Part shown: in pieces, positions 9,714 to 21,862 of the stretch
How positions within the stretch are numbered: position 1 is the stretch's first letter
Layout: each line of letters begins with the position of its first letter
Assembly (NCBI GenBank): GCA_965226055.1
Contig: CBDDCA010000006.1
Coordinates: 736,001 to 800,000 of the forward strand
Direction of reading: 5' to 3'
DNA: 64,000 nt
Source of the DNA: Spirochaetia bacterium
Lineage (GTDB): Bacteria; Spirochaetota; Spirochaetia; WTKD01; G963693115
Program-made: the position numbers and the translations under genes
Notes under the pieces: generated by a model
Database searches by the model: none
What the model was told of the DNA's origin: nothing
Seen by the model: only the letters and a program-made list of their open reading frames with translations

Positions 9714-10607
9714 ATGTCAATAGATTTACATGCACTTGATAGTTATTTGAAAACAAAATGTAATTTCGATATTTTTACTGATATTGACACAGTAAATGGA
9801 ATACAAGTTTCTCGAAAAAAACAGGATATTCACACTATTGCATGTGCAGTTGACAGTTCTTTTCCTGTCATACAGCATGCTGCTCACGCCTTTGCTAACT
9901 CAGATGCCAATATAAATACCAGTTCAGCAGATGTTCTTATGGTACATCATGGTATGTTTTGGGGAACATTTGATTCAGTAACAGGCCCTGTGCATAATAA
10001 ACTGTCATCGCTCCTCTGTAATGATATGGCATTATATGCAATGCATCTTCCCTTAGATGCTCATATGCAATTTGGCAACAATGCACAGATTGCCTCAATG
10101 CTTGGCTTAAAAGAAATTGCTCCTTTTGGAGAATACAAAGGAAGAAAAGTTGGAGTACAAGGCATATTTTCACAAGCAATGCACAGAGAATCTGTTATTG
10201 CTACTTTGTTTCCTCCTGCATATACATGGAAAGATGCTCCCTATCTTTCTCATTATACATTGCCTATACAAGAGGTAGGTACAAGTTATTATAATGCTAT
10301 TTTGTCATCCAGCATGTCTCCTTTAGGGAAGGCTTTTCATGGAAGAGAGGAAATTTCTTCAGTAGCGATTATATCAGGAGGAATGCCACGAAACGCTCTC
10401 TACGAAGCAAAGCAACAGAACATTGATATGCTGATATGTGGAGATGCTAGCCATATACTGTGGCTTGAAGCACAAGAATATGGCATAAATATTCTTTCTG
10501 CAGGGCATTACTATACTGAAACATGGGGGATTATGGCTTTGCTGCAACATCTTTGTGAGCAATTTTCATTAAAAGGAGTGTTTATTCATGCGCCAACTCA
10601 GCACTAA
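9714..10607 (+). CDS. Nif3-like dinuclear metal center protein (YbgI family)
   Basis: NGIQV, VHHGMFW, HLPLDAH..GNN and AGHYYTE motifs. Confidence 0.93.
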   Translation: MSIDLHALDSYLKTKCNFDIFTDIDTVNGIQVSRKKQDIHTIACAVDSSFPVIQHAAHAFANSDANINTSSADVLMVHHGMFWGTFDSVTGPVHNKLSSLLCNDMALYAMHLPLDAHMQFGNNAQIASMLGLKEIAPFGEYKGRKVGVQGIFSQAMHRESVIATLFPPAYTWKDAPYLSHYTLPIQEVGTSYYNAILSSSMSPLGKAFHGREEISSVAIISGGMPRNALYEAKQQNIDMLICGDASHILWLEAQEYGINILSAGHYYTETWGIMALLQHLCEQFSLKGVFIHAPTQH

Positions 10608-11238
10608 TGTTGTTCCCGAGAATACAACACGTAATAGTAATACAGGGCTTGCAGAAAAAGCTACATGGCTTTGGAGTCCATTGCTGTTATGTGTATTTAT
10701 TGTATTTATTGATCAGTTGAGCAAGTATCTTGTAGAAACTAATATTGGAAGAAATACAAAGTACGGTGAAATTATAGATCTATTCAATGGCTTTCTCTGG
10801 ATAGTGAAAGTGTACAATAAAGGCATTGCCTTTAGTTTAGCCTCTGATACAGATTGGTGGATTAGACTGATAATAGTGTATACAGTACCATTACTGTTAG
10901 TGATATTTCTCTTCAAGATAATTATTTATTCAAATTTTGATGCCTCATTTCGCTGGTATGCTTCGTTAGTGGCAGGGGGAGGAGTGGGGAATCTTATTGA
11001 TAGATTTTTTCGTGAAGAAGGAGTAGTAGATTTCATCAGTATAAATACATACGGTATATTTGGTATATCACGTTGGGCTACATTTAATTTTGCTGATGTT
11101 GCAGTAGTGATAGGTATGGTGTTATGGATGATTACTCTTTTGAAAGGACAGAAATCGCAGGCAATGTCGCAACAAGAGAGTGCTAGCACATCAGAGAGTA
11201 CACAAGAATCGCAAGATGCTGAAAAAAATAAACTATAG
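10588..11238 (+). CDS. lspA: Lipoprotein signal peptidase II
   Basis: DQLSK, NKGIAFS, GGVGNLIDR, VVDFI and FNFAD motifs. Confidence 0.96.
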   Translation: MRQLSTNVVPENTTRNSNTGLAEKATWLWSPLLLCVFIVFIDQLSKYLVETNIGRNTKYGEIIDLFNGFLWIVKVYNKGIAFSLASDTDWWIRLIIVYTVPLLLVIFLFKIIIYSNFDASFRWYASLVAGGGVGNLIDRFFREEGVVDFISINTYGIFGISRWATFNFADVAVVIGMVLWMITLLKGQKSQAMSQQESASTSESTQESQDAEKNKL

Positions 11239-11251
11239 GTACACATAAGCA

Positions 11252-11662
11252 ATGTCTAACGATATTTTTGATGAAACAAAAGAGAAATATAATACACTAG
11301 GAAAAGCCTCTCTTGATACGAAACCAGATATATATGAAAAAAGGAAATTTAAGAAGTGGGTTCTATCAAAAACAAAAAAGCATATATTAAGCGATCGTAT
11401 CAATACAAAAAAAAATTCTTTACAGCTCTTTTTTCACTGGGTATCTATCTCATTATTGCTAATGCTTAGCATTACTGTGTTATTTGTTGGTATTATTTTT
11501 ATCTTTTCTCGTTTTAAGGAAAGTATTCCTTCCTCTTTTATCCCGTGGATATATGCTAGTGCGTATATTGTTTCTTTGCTGCTTGTGTTTTTCCCTTTCT
11601 TTTTCTGGTATAAAAGAAAGCGTGTAAGGAAAGAAAAAAATAATGCTATGCATGATACGTAA
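11252..11662 (+). CDS. Hypothetical two-TM membrane protein
   Basis: 136-aa ORF following lspA, with two hydrophobic helices. Confidence 0.65.
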   Translation: MSNDIFDETKEKYNTLGKASLDTKPDIYEKRKFKKWVLSKTKKHILSDRINTKKNSLQLFFHWVSISLLLMLSITVLFVGIIFIFSRFKESIPSSFIPWIYASAYIVSLLLVFFPFFFWYKRKRVRKEKNNAMHDT

Positions 11663-11792
11663 TATGGGAGCTTCGTAGAGGCATGGGTGCTATTCTCTTT
11701 GTGTGAATTTTGTTTTTGAACTTTGTATTTTTGGGCAATACCTAAGCAGTATTTAAGTAATAACAGAGCAATAGACACTTATAGCAAATAAC

Positions 11793-13304
11793 TTACATTA
11801 ATTTTCTAAATATGCCTGAGCGGCTTTTTAGTTCTTTTTGTAATTCATCAGTAAAAGGAATATGTTTCCAAAACATTGATCGAATATCTTTGTGTAATTT
11901 AGAAATACCTTTGCTTTCCCATTGAATCCATTGTATGTAATCAGCAATAAAATTCTCTTTTAAGGAGCCTTTTACTTTATTGTCTTCTGACCATTGATAA
12001 TATAGCCCTGTAAGTCCCTCTAAAGTCCATCGATGTCCAGCTTCTTCTTTGCTAATTTGCCATCGGTAATCTCCAATAGCATAGCAAATACAATGAAAGA
12101 GTTTGCTTGAATACATAGGAATAATAATTTTCGCAGAACTAGCGTTTCTATTATAGAAATTAAATGGTTCCCAACACACTCCTTTTGTTCCATAACAAGG
12201 AAGTAGTAATATTTGAGGGAACATTCTTACTTTTGTTCTTTTAATATTTCTAAAAAAAATAGAATAATCAATAGTTTCTACTTCTTGTATGTATTTTAGT
12301 ACAACTTCTCTTGTTCCTAAGTTATGTATATTAGAAGAGAAGAATTTATTAAACAATAGGGGGATATGGTTGCCTGTTTTTCCTACAGACATCTTAAACA
12401 TTTGCTTTATACTGTTTAATTCTTCGTATATTATTTTAGCGTTTACTTCTTGATTGCTGTTATCAGTATCATCATCTTCTTTAGGAGAGGGTTGCTCGTA
12501 CACACTATCCAATGTATGTTCTATGTCTTGGGTATATCTTTCAATGGTGCTTTGAGTCTCTTTTAACTGTTTATTGTTCATACGGATAGTCTGGATTGTT
12601 TGTATACATGAAAATAGTTCTGCCATAGCATGTTCTGGAATGGGAAATGTATACCCGAACTCATTTTCTTCCATAGATGATTGCAGTGAATTTCCTACTG
12701 AGAGTATTTTTTGTAATAGTTCTTGATTTTCTTGTGAAATAGTTTGTGCTTTATGCAGTGAAGAATCTCGTATCTTCTGAATTTGATTTATTTTCTGTTT
12801 TTCATTAAGGGCAAGCATTTCTCTTGAAGTCTCTTGCATAGTATCAATCAATGATTGACTTATATCTCCTTTCATAACTCCATCAAACCATTCGTCTAAA
12901 TAGTAAATTGATACTTTTGGGGGAGCATATATGTCATTTTCTGTTATTATACGTAATATTTCTCTTGAAATAGCTGAGCTTACTATTACCCCGTAGCGTA
13001 ATAGTAGTTTTACAGAAACTTCATTCAAGGAAGGAGTGTGCGAGATAACACTTTCTAAAAATTGCCAATAACTGTTGCTTAATTGAGCTCGTGCTTCAGA
13101 GTCAGAAGAAGTGAAGTCGCTTTCTAAAAGAAGAGTAAGGTGCTTATGAAGAGGCCTTGCTTTATCTTCTGATTGAGACATGATGCTTTTGTAAAATTGT
13201 TCTGGCTGTAGCAGTATATCAATTTTTTTTTCGCTTTGAGGAGGAACAAATAAATTCTCCTCATAAAAGCTATGTATTTGGTGCAGATATTCTTCATTTT
13301 TCAT
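11793..13304 (-). CDS. Conserved hypothetical protein with central coiled coil (spirochete-type)
   Basis: 503-aa ORF; conserved-looking C-terminus (PCYGTKGVCWEP, WTLEGLTGLYYQW). Confidence 0.75.
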   Translation of the reverse strand: MKNEEYLHQIHSFYEENLFVPPQSEKKIDILLQPEQFYKSIMSQSEDKARPLHKHLTLLLESDFTSSDSEARAQLSNSYWQFLESVISHTPSLNEVSVKLLLRYGVIVSSAISREILRIITENDIYAPPKVSIYYLDEWFDGVMKGDISQSLIDTMQETSREMLALNEKQKINQIQKIRDSSLHKAQTISQENQELLQKILSVGNSLQSSMEENEFGYTFPIPEHAMAELFSCIQTIQTIRMNNKQLKETQSTIERYTQDIEHTLDSVYEQPSPKEDDDTDNSNQEVNAKIIYEELNSIKQMFKMSVGKTGNHIPLLFNKFFSSNIHNLGTREVVLKYIQEVETIDYSIFFRNIKRTKVRMFPQILLLPCYGTKGVCWEPFNFYNRNASSAKIIIPMYSSKLFHCICYAIGDYRWQISKEEAGHRWTLEGLTGLYYQWSEDNKVKGSLKENFIADYIQWIQWESKGISKLHKDIRSMFWKHIPFTDELQKELKSRSGIFRKLM

Positions 13305-13409
13305 ACTATACTTATTATTATAGGCATTTTTATCATATACTTAAAAATTTTCACTATTTTTATGCTAATATTATAGCAAAAATATTTTTTTTTCTTTACA
13401 ATGTAATAA

Positions 13410-14972
13410 ATGCAGGACGCAATCAAATATCTACATCCCTTAGAATTAAAAGTGTTATTCTACTTTGAATCTCAAGAATCTTCTCAGAAGGCTTCTCAAG
13501 AGTATGGTATATCGGTACATGATATTATAGAAGGGACAGGATTATTGGAAGGACAAGTAAATCAAGCTATTAGTTGGTTACAGGGAAAATCATATGTAGA
13601 AGAAAAAAGTAAGACTGCGAGTGTGTGGTATGAAAGAACTTCACTAGGAGCAGAATGGAATGATAAAAAAACTCCGTATAGAAGAATTGTGGAGTATGTA
13701 CAGGATAATGAAGAGAAGAGTGATTTACAGACCATTGCTAAAAAACTTGGTATAGAAGCAAAAGAGGTAGGCTCTGCCTTTGGTACTCTTTCAAAAGCAC
13801 AGGTGCTGCGTTTAAGTAATACTAAGCAGGTAGAGTATGTAGAGAATGCTGTGTATCCATCTGAACTTATGGCACTGGAGTTACTGTTACAACAAGAAGA
13901 AATTGATGGATCCCTCCTTACTACAGAACAAATGCAAGTTATTGAAAAATATGCAAAAAAGAGAGGCTCTGCTTCTGTTCCTTTCCGCAGAGTAGAACGT
14001 GAGGTAATACAGTATATAATAAGTGATGCAGGAAAGCAGAGCATAGAACAGGCAAAATTACTTGGTTTAACAGGGGAAGAAGTTGGTGCAGTAAACGCTC
14101 AGATGCTAAAGGATAAAAGCTGGAAAGAAAAAAAGTTTCGTTCGTATAATATTTCTTTGCCTCCTAACAGGGTAAGTGTAGGGAGAAGAAACTCCTATTC
14201 TCAATTTTTACAAGGAGTGAAGGATACATTAGTGGGACTAGGCTTTGAAGAATTTGATGGATCCCTTGTTCAAACGGAATTTTGGAATTCTGATGCTTTG
14301 TTTATGCCACAATTTCATGCAGCTCGTGATATACATGATGTGTACTATGTAGATGCCCCTACCCATGCAAAAAAAATAGATGAGCCTTGGTTGCATAATG
14401 TAGCGAAAGTACATGAGAATGGAGGGGATACAGGCAGTAGAGGATGGAGATATTCTTTTGATAAACATTTTACGAAACGTTTAATTTTAAGAAGTCAAGG
14501 TACGGTTATGTCAGCCAGGACCTTGCCGCATGCAAAAATTCCGGGAAAATATTTTGGTATTCTTCGTGTATTTAGGAGAGATCAAATAGACGCAACACAT
14601 CTTTCTGATTTTTATCAAACGGAAGGTATTATTGTAGGAGAGGATGTGAATTTACGAACATTGCTTGGTTTATTGCGAGTATTTGCAGAAGAAATTGCTC
14701 ATGCAGAAGAAATACGCTATGTGCCCGGTTATTTTCCTTTTACTGAACCTTCTGTAGAGGTGCATATTAAGCATCCAAACATTGGATGGATGGAGCTGGG
14801 AGGCTCTGGTATTTTTCGTCCTGAGGTAACAAAGCCACTTGGGATAGATGTTCCCGTTGCAGCTTGGGGGATAGGCATAGATAGAATGGCTACTATGCAG
14901 ATGAATATTAGTGATTTACGAGATCTATTTAGTTATGATTTAGAGAAAGTATTATATCAAAAGCAGGCGTAA
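13410..14972 (+). CDS. pheS: Phenylalanine--tRNA ligase alpha subunit (long archaeal/eukaryote type)
   Basis: FWNSDALFMPQFHAARD, FPFTEPS, GIFRPEV and AWGIGIDR motifs; N-terminal extension. Confidence 0.97.
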   Translation: MQDAIKYLHPLELKVLFYFESQESSQKASQEYGISVHDIIEGTGLLEGQVNQAISWLQGKSYVEEKSKTASVWYERTSLGAEWNDKKTPYRRIVEYVQDNEEKSDLQTIAKKLGIEAKEVGSAFGTLSKAQVLRLSNTKQVEYVENAVYPSELMALELLLQQEEIDGSLLTTEQMQVIEKYAKKRGSASVPFRRVEREVIQYIISDAGKQSIEQAKLLGLTGEEVGAVNAQMLKDKSWKEKKFRSYNISLPPNRVSVGRRNSYSQFLQGVKDTLVGLGFEEFDGSLVQTEFWNSDALFMPQFHAARDIHDVYYVDAPTHAKKIDEPWLHNVAKVHENGGDTGSRGWRYSFDKHFTKRLILRSQGTVMSARTLPHAKIPGKYFGILRVFRRDQIDATHLSDFYQTEGIIVGEDVNLRTLLGLLRVFAEEIAHAEEIRYVPGYFPFTEPSVEVHIKHPNIGWMELGGSGIFRPEVTKPLGIDVPVAAWGIGIDRMATMQMNISDLRDLFSYDLEKVLYQKQA

Positions 14973-15054
14973 CCTGATGAGAGATGCACATCTAAGTATA
15001 ATACTCCACATGTATACATAAAGAATAAAAAGGAAATATTTATTATCATTTATT

Positions 15055-16773
15055 ATGCCAAAAATACAAATTGATACAGAATTATTTTTTTCTCTGTTAG
15101 GACAGAGGCTTGACAAAGAGAGATTAGAGGATCTTTTAGTCGTTGCAAAAGCAGAGCTTGAAGAGTTTGCAGAAGGGGTTGGTGCAACACTGAAAATAGA
15201 ATTAAATGATACAAATCGCCCTGATTTATGGTCAGCTGCTGGTTTAGCACGTCAGCTTAAATGTTATCTTACCCATACTGTTCCGCATTTTTCATTTTAT
15301 GATCAAGCTCCTGCACAAGAAAAAACTATTATTGTAGATTCTCGTTTGCAAGATATTCGTCCCTATGTGGTGGGGCTAGAAATATCAGGCAAAGAAATTG
15401 ATGAAGCACTTCTTATAGAGCTTATTCAAAATCAAGAAAAGTTATGTGAAAATTTTGGACAAAAGCGTTATGCATTAGCTATGGGCATATATCGAGCAAG
15501 TGAAATACAATGGCCTGTGCATTATAGAGCCTGCGATCCTGATACCACTGAGTTTGTACCATTAGAGCATACTCATGCGTTAAGTTTACGCAAGATAGTA
15601 CATGAACATGCGAAAGGAAAAGAGTATGGTCATATCATAAAAGACTATTCTCTCTACCCTCTTCTTGTCGATGCAAAAGATGAAGTATTAAGTATGCCTC
15701 CTATTATCAATAGTGCACAGTTAGGGGCAGTACAGGTAGGGGATGATCATTTGTTCATAGAACTTACTGGTTGGGATTTAGAAATGCTTTTTTTAGCTAC
15801 CTCAATCTGTGCCTGTGATTATGCAGATTTAGGGTTTCAGATTACGAGAATACAGTCTTTGTATCAGTATGATACAGGCTATTCAAAAGAAGTTGTCTGT
15901 CCGCATTATTTTCAGACAACAAAAGAATGTAATATACTACAGGCAAATAAGTTGCTTGGAAACAATCATAGTGTTCAGGAAATATCCGATTCTCTTACAT
16001 GTATGGGGCTGGAAACCTCTTTGCAAGATGAACATACTTTGCAAGTGACAGTGCCTCCTTACCGTAATGATTTTTTGCATTCAGTGGATATTGTTGAGGA
16101 TATTATGATTGGCTATGGACTGTCTCAATATGAACCAGAAATGCCTAAAAGTTTTACAATAGGACGCGTAAGCACAAGAGAAAAAATGAAGCGAAGCATC
16201 TTACAAACGATGATAGGGCTAGGATTTCAAGAAATGATGTTTCCGTATCTTGGTTCTAAGCAACAACATATTGTGCAAATATATGAAAAAACAGAAATAG
16301 CAGACAAAGAAAGTACTTTTGTAAAGGTAGCTAATCCTATATCGGAAAACTATGAGTATGTGCGACAGTCCATTCTGCCAAATTTACTTGAAACAGAACG
16401 TGTGTCTGCTAATACTATGTATCCTCATAGGATATGTGAAGTTGGTGAAACAGTAACAAAAGATACAAATGAAAATTATGGATCTAAGACATTACAAATG
16501 CTTGGATTTTTGCTTGCAGATAATCAAGCAGGATTTACAGAAATAAATTCTATTGTGGCTGCAATACTTTTTTATCATGATATTGATTGGGAAGCAAAAA
16601 CAGTGAAAGATTCACGTTTTCTTGAAGATAGAGCTGCAGTAGTAGTACGAAAATCTGATAAAGTAGTGCTAGGAATATTTGGTGAGATACATCCACGAAT
16701 ATTAGAGCAGTTTGATATTACCATGCCATGTGCTGGTGGCGAGCTCTTTTTAGATATGTTTACGCTTTTATAA
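15055..16773 (+). CDS. pheT: Phenylalanine--tRNA ligase beta subunit (short type)
   Basis: NRPDLWS, SMPPIINS, PPYRNDFLHSVDIVED and FGEIHP motifs. Confidence 0.96.
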   Translation: MPKIQIDTELFFSLLGQRLDKERLEDLLVVAKAELEEFAEGVGATLKIELNDTNRPDLWSAAGLARQLKCYLTHTVPHFSFYDQAPAQEKTIIVDSRLQDIRPYVVGLEISGKEIDEALLIELIQNQEKLCENFGQKRYALAMGIYRASEIQWPVHYRACDPDTTEFVPLEHTHALSLRKIVHEHAKGKEYGHIIKDYSLYPLLVDAKDEVLSMPPIINSAQLGAVQVGDDHLFIELTGWDLEMLFLATSICACDYADLGFQITRIQSLYQYDTGYSKEVVCPHYFQTTKECNILQANKLLGNNHSVQEISDSLTCMGLETSLQDEHTLQVTVPPYRNDFLHSVDIVEDIMIGYGLSQYEPEMPKSFTIGRVSTREKMKRSILQTMIGLGFQEMMFPYLGSKQQHIVQIYEKTEIADKESTFVKVANPISENYEYVRQSILPNLLETERVSANTMYPHRICEVGETVTKDTNENYGSKTLQMLGFLLADNQAGFTEINSIVAAILFYHDIDWEAKTVKDSRFLEDRAAVVVRKSDKVVLGIFGEIHPRILEQFDITMPCAGGELFLDMFTLL

Positions 16774-16829
16774 GAATAAGGGTATTGAAATACTATATAT
16801 GATTACTATAATAACAATGGGAAATTATT

Positions 16830-17873
16830 ATGCAACAAAAGACTATACATAGTAAGCCACATATATTGCAGCATTATTCTGGAAAAGGAAAAGAAAATGA
16901 ACAGGACATTTTTATTCTTTTACGTCCTGCAACTAATTGTTATCAAATAGAAAGTATTATTCTTAGTGTACTACGATCGTCTCATTATTATAGAAAATCT
17001 CTGTGGTTAGAGTATATGGCAAATTTACCTGGTACTTTTCTTTCATTTTATAATGTTATGAACGCACATTATCGTCATCGTTATTATTTTTCTATACATG
17101 GAAAAGCAAGTTTTACTTCAAGCATGAGAAAAAAGTTTGAGCAACGGTTTCATAGAAAATTTGATGATAGTAACATTATCAGCCCTTTTGAAGCCCTTAG
17201 ATATTTGAATCTTAATGAAATTGAATTAGCACGATACTGGCTTTGTACAAAAGAAGGCATGAACGATTATATAGAAGGGCAAACAGTGAGTATGGTGTGT
17301 GATCATGATAATAAGGAACTTTTTATCATTAATTGTGATTTTCCCAGCTTAATGATGCAACATCATGAGGGTACTAATTGTGCAGTATTGCTATTTCGTA
17401 CGGTGCTTTCATATCAACAGTTTTATATACTCATTAGGGAAGTGATACACAATGTGTTCATGCATGTTTCTGAGTTTGCTGATATGTATAAACATGATAA
17501 AACATTACAAAATTATTTCATGCTCCCTCAAGAAATGCTATTGCGTGGAGGATATAAACGGTTTTTTCAATATTCTAACGGTCCTTTTGAGCAGTTACAT
17601 GATGGTATAGATTTTTTATATGATGAATCAGGCAACCATATAGCGCTTGAGAACATGACTTTTGCACATTATTTACGCTTACATAATGTTGATACAAATG
17701 AGCTGGAAGCCAGTTTACGAAATCCCATAGGGTTCTTTGATGTAAATAATACATGGGAAGAACATTCGTTGTATTCTATGACCTACCATATGAATTATCA
17801 GCAAGCTCTAAATGTGTTTAAGACAATGCGTTCGCAGTTTATTACCGATGAAAAAATCACTGAAGCGGTATAA
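16830..17873 (+). CDS. Hypothetical protein
   Basis: 347-aa ORF; no motif recognised. Confidence 0.7.
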   Translation: MQQKTIHSKPHILQHYSGKGKENEQDIFILLRPATNCYQIESIILSVLRSSHYYRKSLWLEYMANLPGTFLSFYNVMNAHYRHRYYFSIHGKASFTSSMRKKFEQRFHRKFDDSNIISPFEALRYLNLNEIELARYWLCTKEGMNDYIEGQTVSMVCDHDNKELFIINCDFPSLMMQHHEGTNCAVLLFRTVLSYQQFYILIREVIHNVFMHVSEFADMYKHDKTLQNYFMLPQEMLLRGGYKRFFQYSNGPFEQLHDGIDFLYDESGNHIALENMTFAHYLRLHNVDTNELEASLRNPIGFFDVNNTWEEHSLYSMTYHMNYQQALNVFKTMRSQFITDEKITEAV

Positions 17874-17914
17874 GTAGTATACAGTATACAATACAATTTC
17901 AATAGAGTACTCTA

Positions 17915-18517
17915 TTACTTGCATGTAAGTAATGCTTGACTGAGTGCCTCATAATGTTCAAATGCTGGTATAGATGGATATAGATCTGTAATTGTTTGTG
18001 GAGCACGAAAAAATGCACCATAGTTTGCCTGTTGTATCATTGTTATATCGTTATATGAATCTCCAGCTGCAGCAACAAAGATATTACATGCTTGTAATTG
18101 TTTTGTGAGATGAAATTTTCCATTGTGTTGACGAAGTATATACGATTGTATGTTCCCCTGAGTATCAATGGCAAGTGAATTACAAAAAATAACTGGATAT
18201 TGAAGCAGTGCTCGAAATGGGGTAAAAAACTCTACAAATGTATCAGATACAATAATGACCTCGCAGTGTTTACGAAGGTGCATGAAGAAATCCAATGCAT
18301 CAGGAAGCGGAGTCATGGTAGCTATGATGTCTTGCAAGGTATGTATAGTAATAGCATGCTTTTGTAATGCCTTAATACGTATTTCCATGAGTTGATCGTA
18401 GTCAGATATATCGCGAGTTGTAAGTCCAAGTTGTTCAATATTTGTAATTTTTGCTACTTCTTTCCATATTTCAGGAATAAGTACTCCTTCTAAGTCAAGG
18501 GCAATAGTTTTCTGCAT
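17915..18517 (-). CDS. thrH: Phosphoserine phosphatase / homoserine phosphotransferase (HAD family)
   Basis: LDLEGVLIPEIW, TTRD..DYD.LM, SDTF and GDSYND motifs; start at MQKTIALD. Confidence 0.92.
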   Translation of the reverse strand: MQKTIALDLEGVLIPEIWKEVAKITNIEQLGLTTRDISDYDQLMEIRIKALQKHAITIHTLQDIIATMTPLPDALDFFMHLRKHCEVIIVSDTFVEFFTPFRALLQYPVIFCNSLAIDTQGNIQSYILRQHNGKFHLTKQLQACNIFVAAAGDSYNDITMIQQANYGAFFRAPQTITDLYPSIPAFEHYEALSQALLTCK

Positions 18518-18741
18518 AAGAATATTATAATATTTTATCGTTTGTGATTTCAAGGACTAGGTGTGACATCAAAGGCTTTAGCAGGCATCAAAAAATAGTT
18601 TTAGCGATCTATTATTGATAAGTATTTGTACTTGTAATATATCATGTTGTTTTATTTTGTGAATCAATATTTTTTTAGAAAATGCGAAATAAAGAGATTA
18701 GTCAATAATAAAGCCTTTTATTTATTTGCTATAATGTATCT

Positions 18742-19371
18742 ATGCAAAAAGAAGTGGAAAAATTTTTTGCGGAACAAGACAAATCTGAAGTACTAGACTT
18801 TGTGTATGATAACGCAGTATGTATGGTAGATAAAATAATAAAGACATTAGATAAGATCAAGCAAAGGGCAACAATTTTCATGTCAGGGTACATATTAGTA
18901 ATATTGGGAATATATTCTTCTATTTCTACGGTAAGTACTATGATAAAAAAACTGTTTGTACTCAGGAATGTTTATATTTTTGTAGCACTAGTTATAGTCT
19001 TACTATTATTACTACTACTAATATGGTTTATGTTATCTGCATTTCTAAAATTTTACCAAGTACTAAAAACTCATAAAATTGTTGCTTCAAGTATACCTCC
19101 TAAGGAATTTGATAAAGTTCTTATGAATATGAATAAGAGAGAGATTATAAAATTAAAAATAGAGGCATTAAAATTTCTGGAGAAAGCTTATGATGCAAAT
19201 TATCAACAAATGAAACAACAGGCCAAATTACTCGATAAAGGAATGAAAGGCTTTAAATTAAGTTTGATATTTTTATCATTACTGATAGTAGTGGTATCAA
19301 TCCTGTATTTTATTGATAATGATTTACCCTCATTCATTATTTTGATCAGTATGTTCATCTTCGGAAAATGA
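18742..19371 (+). CDS. Hypothetical three-TM membrane protein (layout reminiscent of Pycsar-type TM effectors)
   Basis: Two N-terminal TM helices, a soluble helical region, then a C-terminal TM; very AT-rich; TGCTATAAT 6 nt before the ATG. Confidence 0.7.
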   Translation: MQKEVEKFFAEQDKSEVLDFVYDNAVCMVDKIIKTLDKIKQRATIFMSGYILVILGIYSSISTVSTMIKKLFVLRNVYIFVALVIVLLLLLLLIWFMLSAFLKFYQVLKTHKIVASSIPPKEFDKVLMNMNKREIIKLKIEALKFLEKAYDANYQQMKQQAKLLDKGMKGFKLSLIFLSLLIVVVSILYFIDNDLPSFIILISMFIFGK

Positions 19372-19455
19372 CTGATCATCTTCAAATAATGTTGATGAGT
19401 TTATATCAATCTCATCATCCTGATTTGTATCGTTTGTATAATTATTATTATCCAT
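19330..19455 (-). CDS. Putative 41-aa acidic micro-protein (MDNNNYTNDTNQDDEIDINSSTLFEDDQSFSEDEHTDQNNE)
   Basis: Manual translation; TATAAT 6 nt before the ATG and TTGACA at 19487-19492 (minus); overlaps the 3' end of the opposite-strand gene. Confidence 0.4.
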   Translation of the reverse strand: MDNNNYTNDTNQDDEIDINSSTLFEDDQSFSEDEHTDQNNE

Positions 19456-19520
19456 AAATCTATTATAGTATAATTATTCATTATTTTGTCAATAAATTTC
19501 CAATTTTTGTATTGATATAC

Positions 19521-19549
19521 TTGCAAATATTTTGTATTTTAGGTAACAT
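19521..19549 (+). promoter_or_regulatory. Putative groEL promoter (TTGCAA-17-TAACAT)
   Basis: Sigma70-like hexamers with 17-nt spacing upstream of groEL. Confidence 0.4.
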
Positions 19550-19654
19550 ATAAATACTGTATGAAAAATTACGATAGTTTATGCAGTGCATTCAGATTTA
19601 TAGGGGAATAAATACCTTGTAAATAGCGAAATAAATAAAAATAATAAAAAATAG

Positions 19655-21319
<1,665 letters not shown>

Positions 21320-21351
21320 TTACTATCATACATGGAATGATACAAAAGAAG

Positions 21352-21379
21352 AAAAGGGAGACTATAAGTCTCCCTTTTT
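21352..21379 (+). terminator. Rho-independent terminator after groEL
   Basis: AAAAGGGAGACT-ATA-AGTCTCCCTTTTT hairpin. Confidence 0.9.
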
Positions 21380-21422
21380 ATTAGGATACTTTATTATAGA
21401 GAGTACAAGGGAGAATTGTAAT

Positions 21423-21788
21423 ATGGCAAAGCATGTAACAAGAGAAGAGTATATTGGTATTATTGGGTTTTTTGGTAATACAGCACTTATTGATAGATCG
21501 GTACTTAAGAAAGTCAAAAAGCTTTCTTTTGAAAGGCTTCTTGATAAAAATATGATACGTGAATGTGTATGTGATGCATTATATACTAACGATGAAGACA
21601 AAAAAAGAAAGGTATGTACCCATTACTTTGCTCTTCGTCCTCATACCTCTGATGATGAATCGACTTCTTTACCAACACCGCACGATACTCAGCAGGATGA
21701 CTATATGGTACAGTTTAAGTCTCTTGTTCAAGAATATGGTGTTCTTGAAGAGGTATTACATAGAGAATTACGAAAAAAATATATGTAA
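21423..21788 (+). CDS. Hypothetical protein
   Basis: 121-aa ORF with GGGAG RBS upstream. Confidence 0.65.
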   Translation: MAKHVTREEYIGIIGFFGNTALIDRSVLKKVKKLSFERLLDKNMIRECVCDALYTNDEDKKRKVCTHYFALRPHTSDDESTSLPTPHDTQQDDYMVQFKSLVQEYGVLEEVLHRELRKKYM

Positions 21789-21862
21789 ATTATTGCTATC
21801 TTCTGTTATAATTTATTAATCGTATAGTTATGATATACTATATATAGTGAGTTTATTTTTGT

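Noticed and set aside
18554-18700. Possible IS end or MITE upstream of thrH (GGACTAGGTGTGACATC...)
   Set aside because: No matching inverted repeat, target duplication or transposase fragment could be found by eye.
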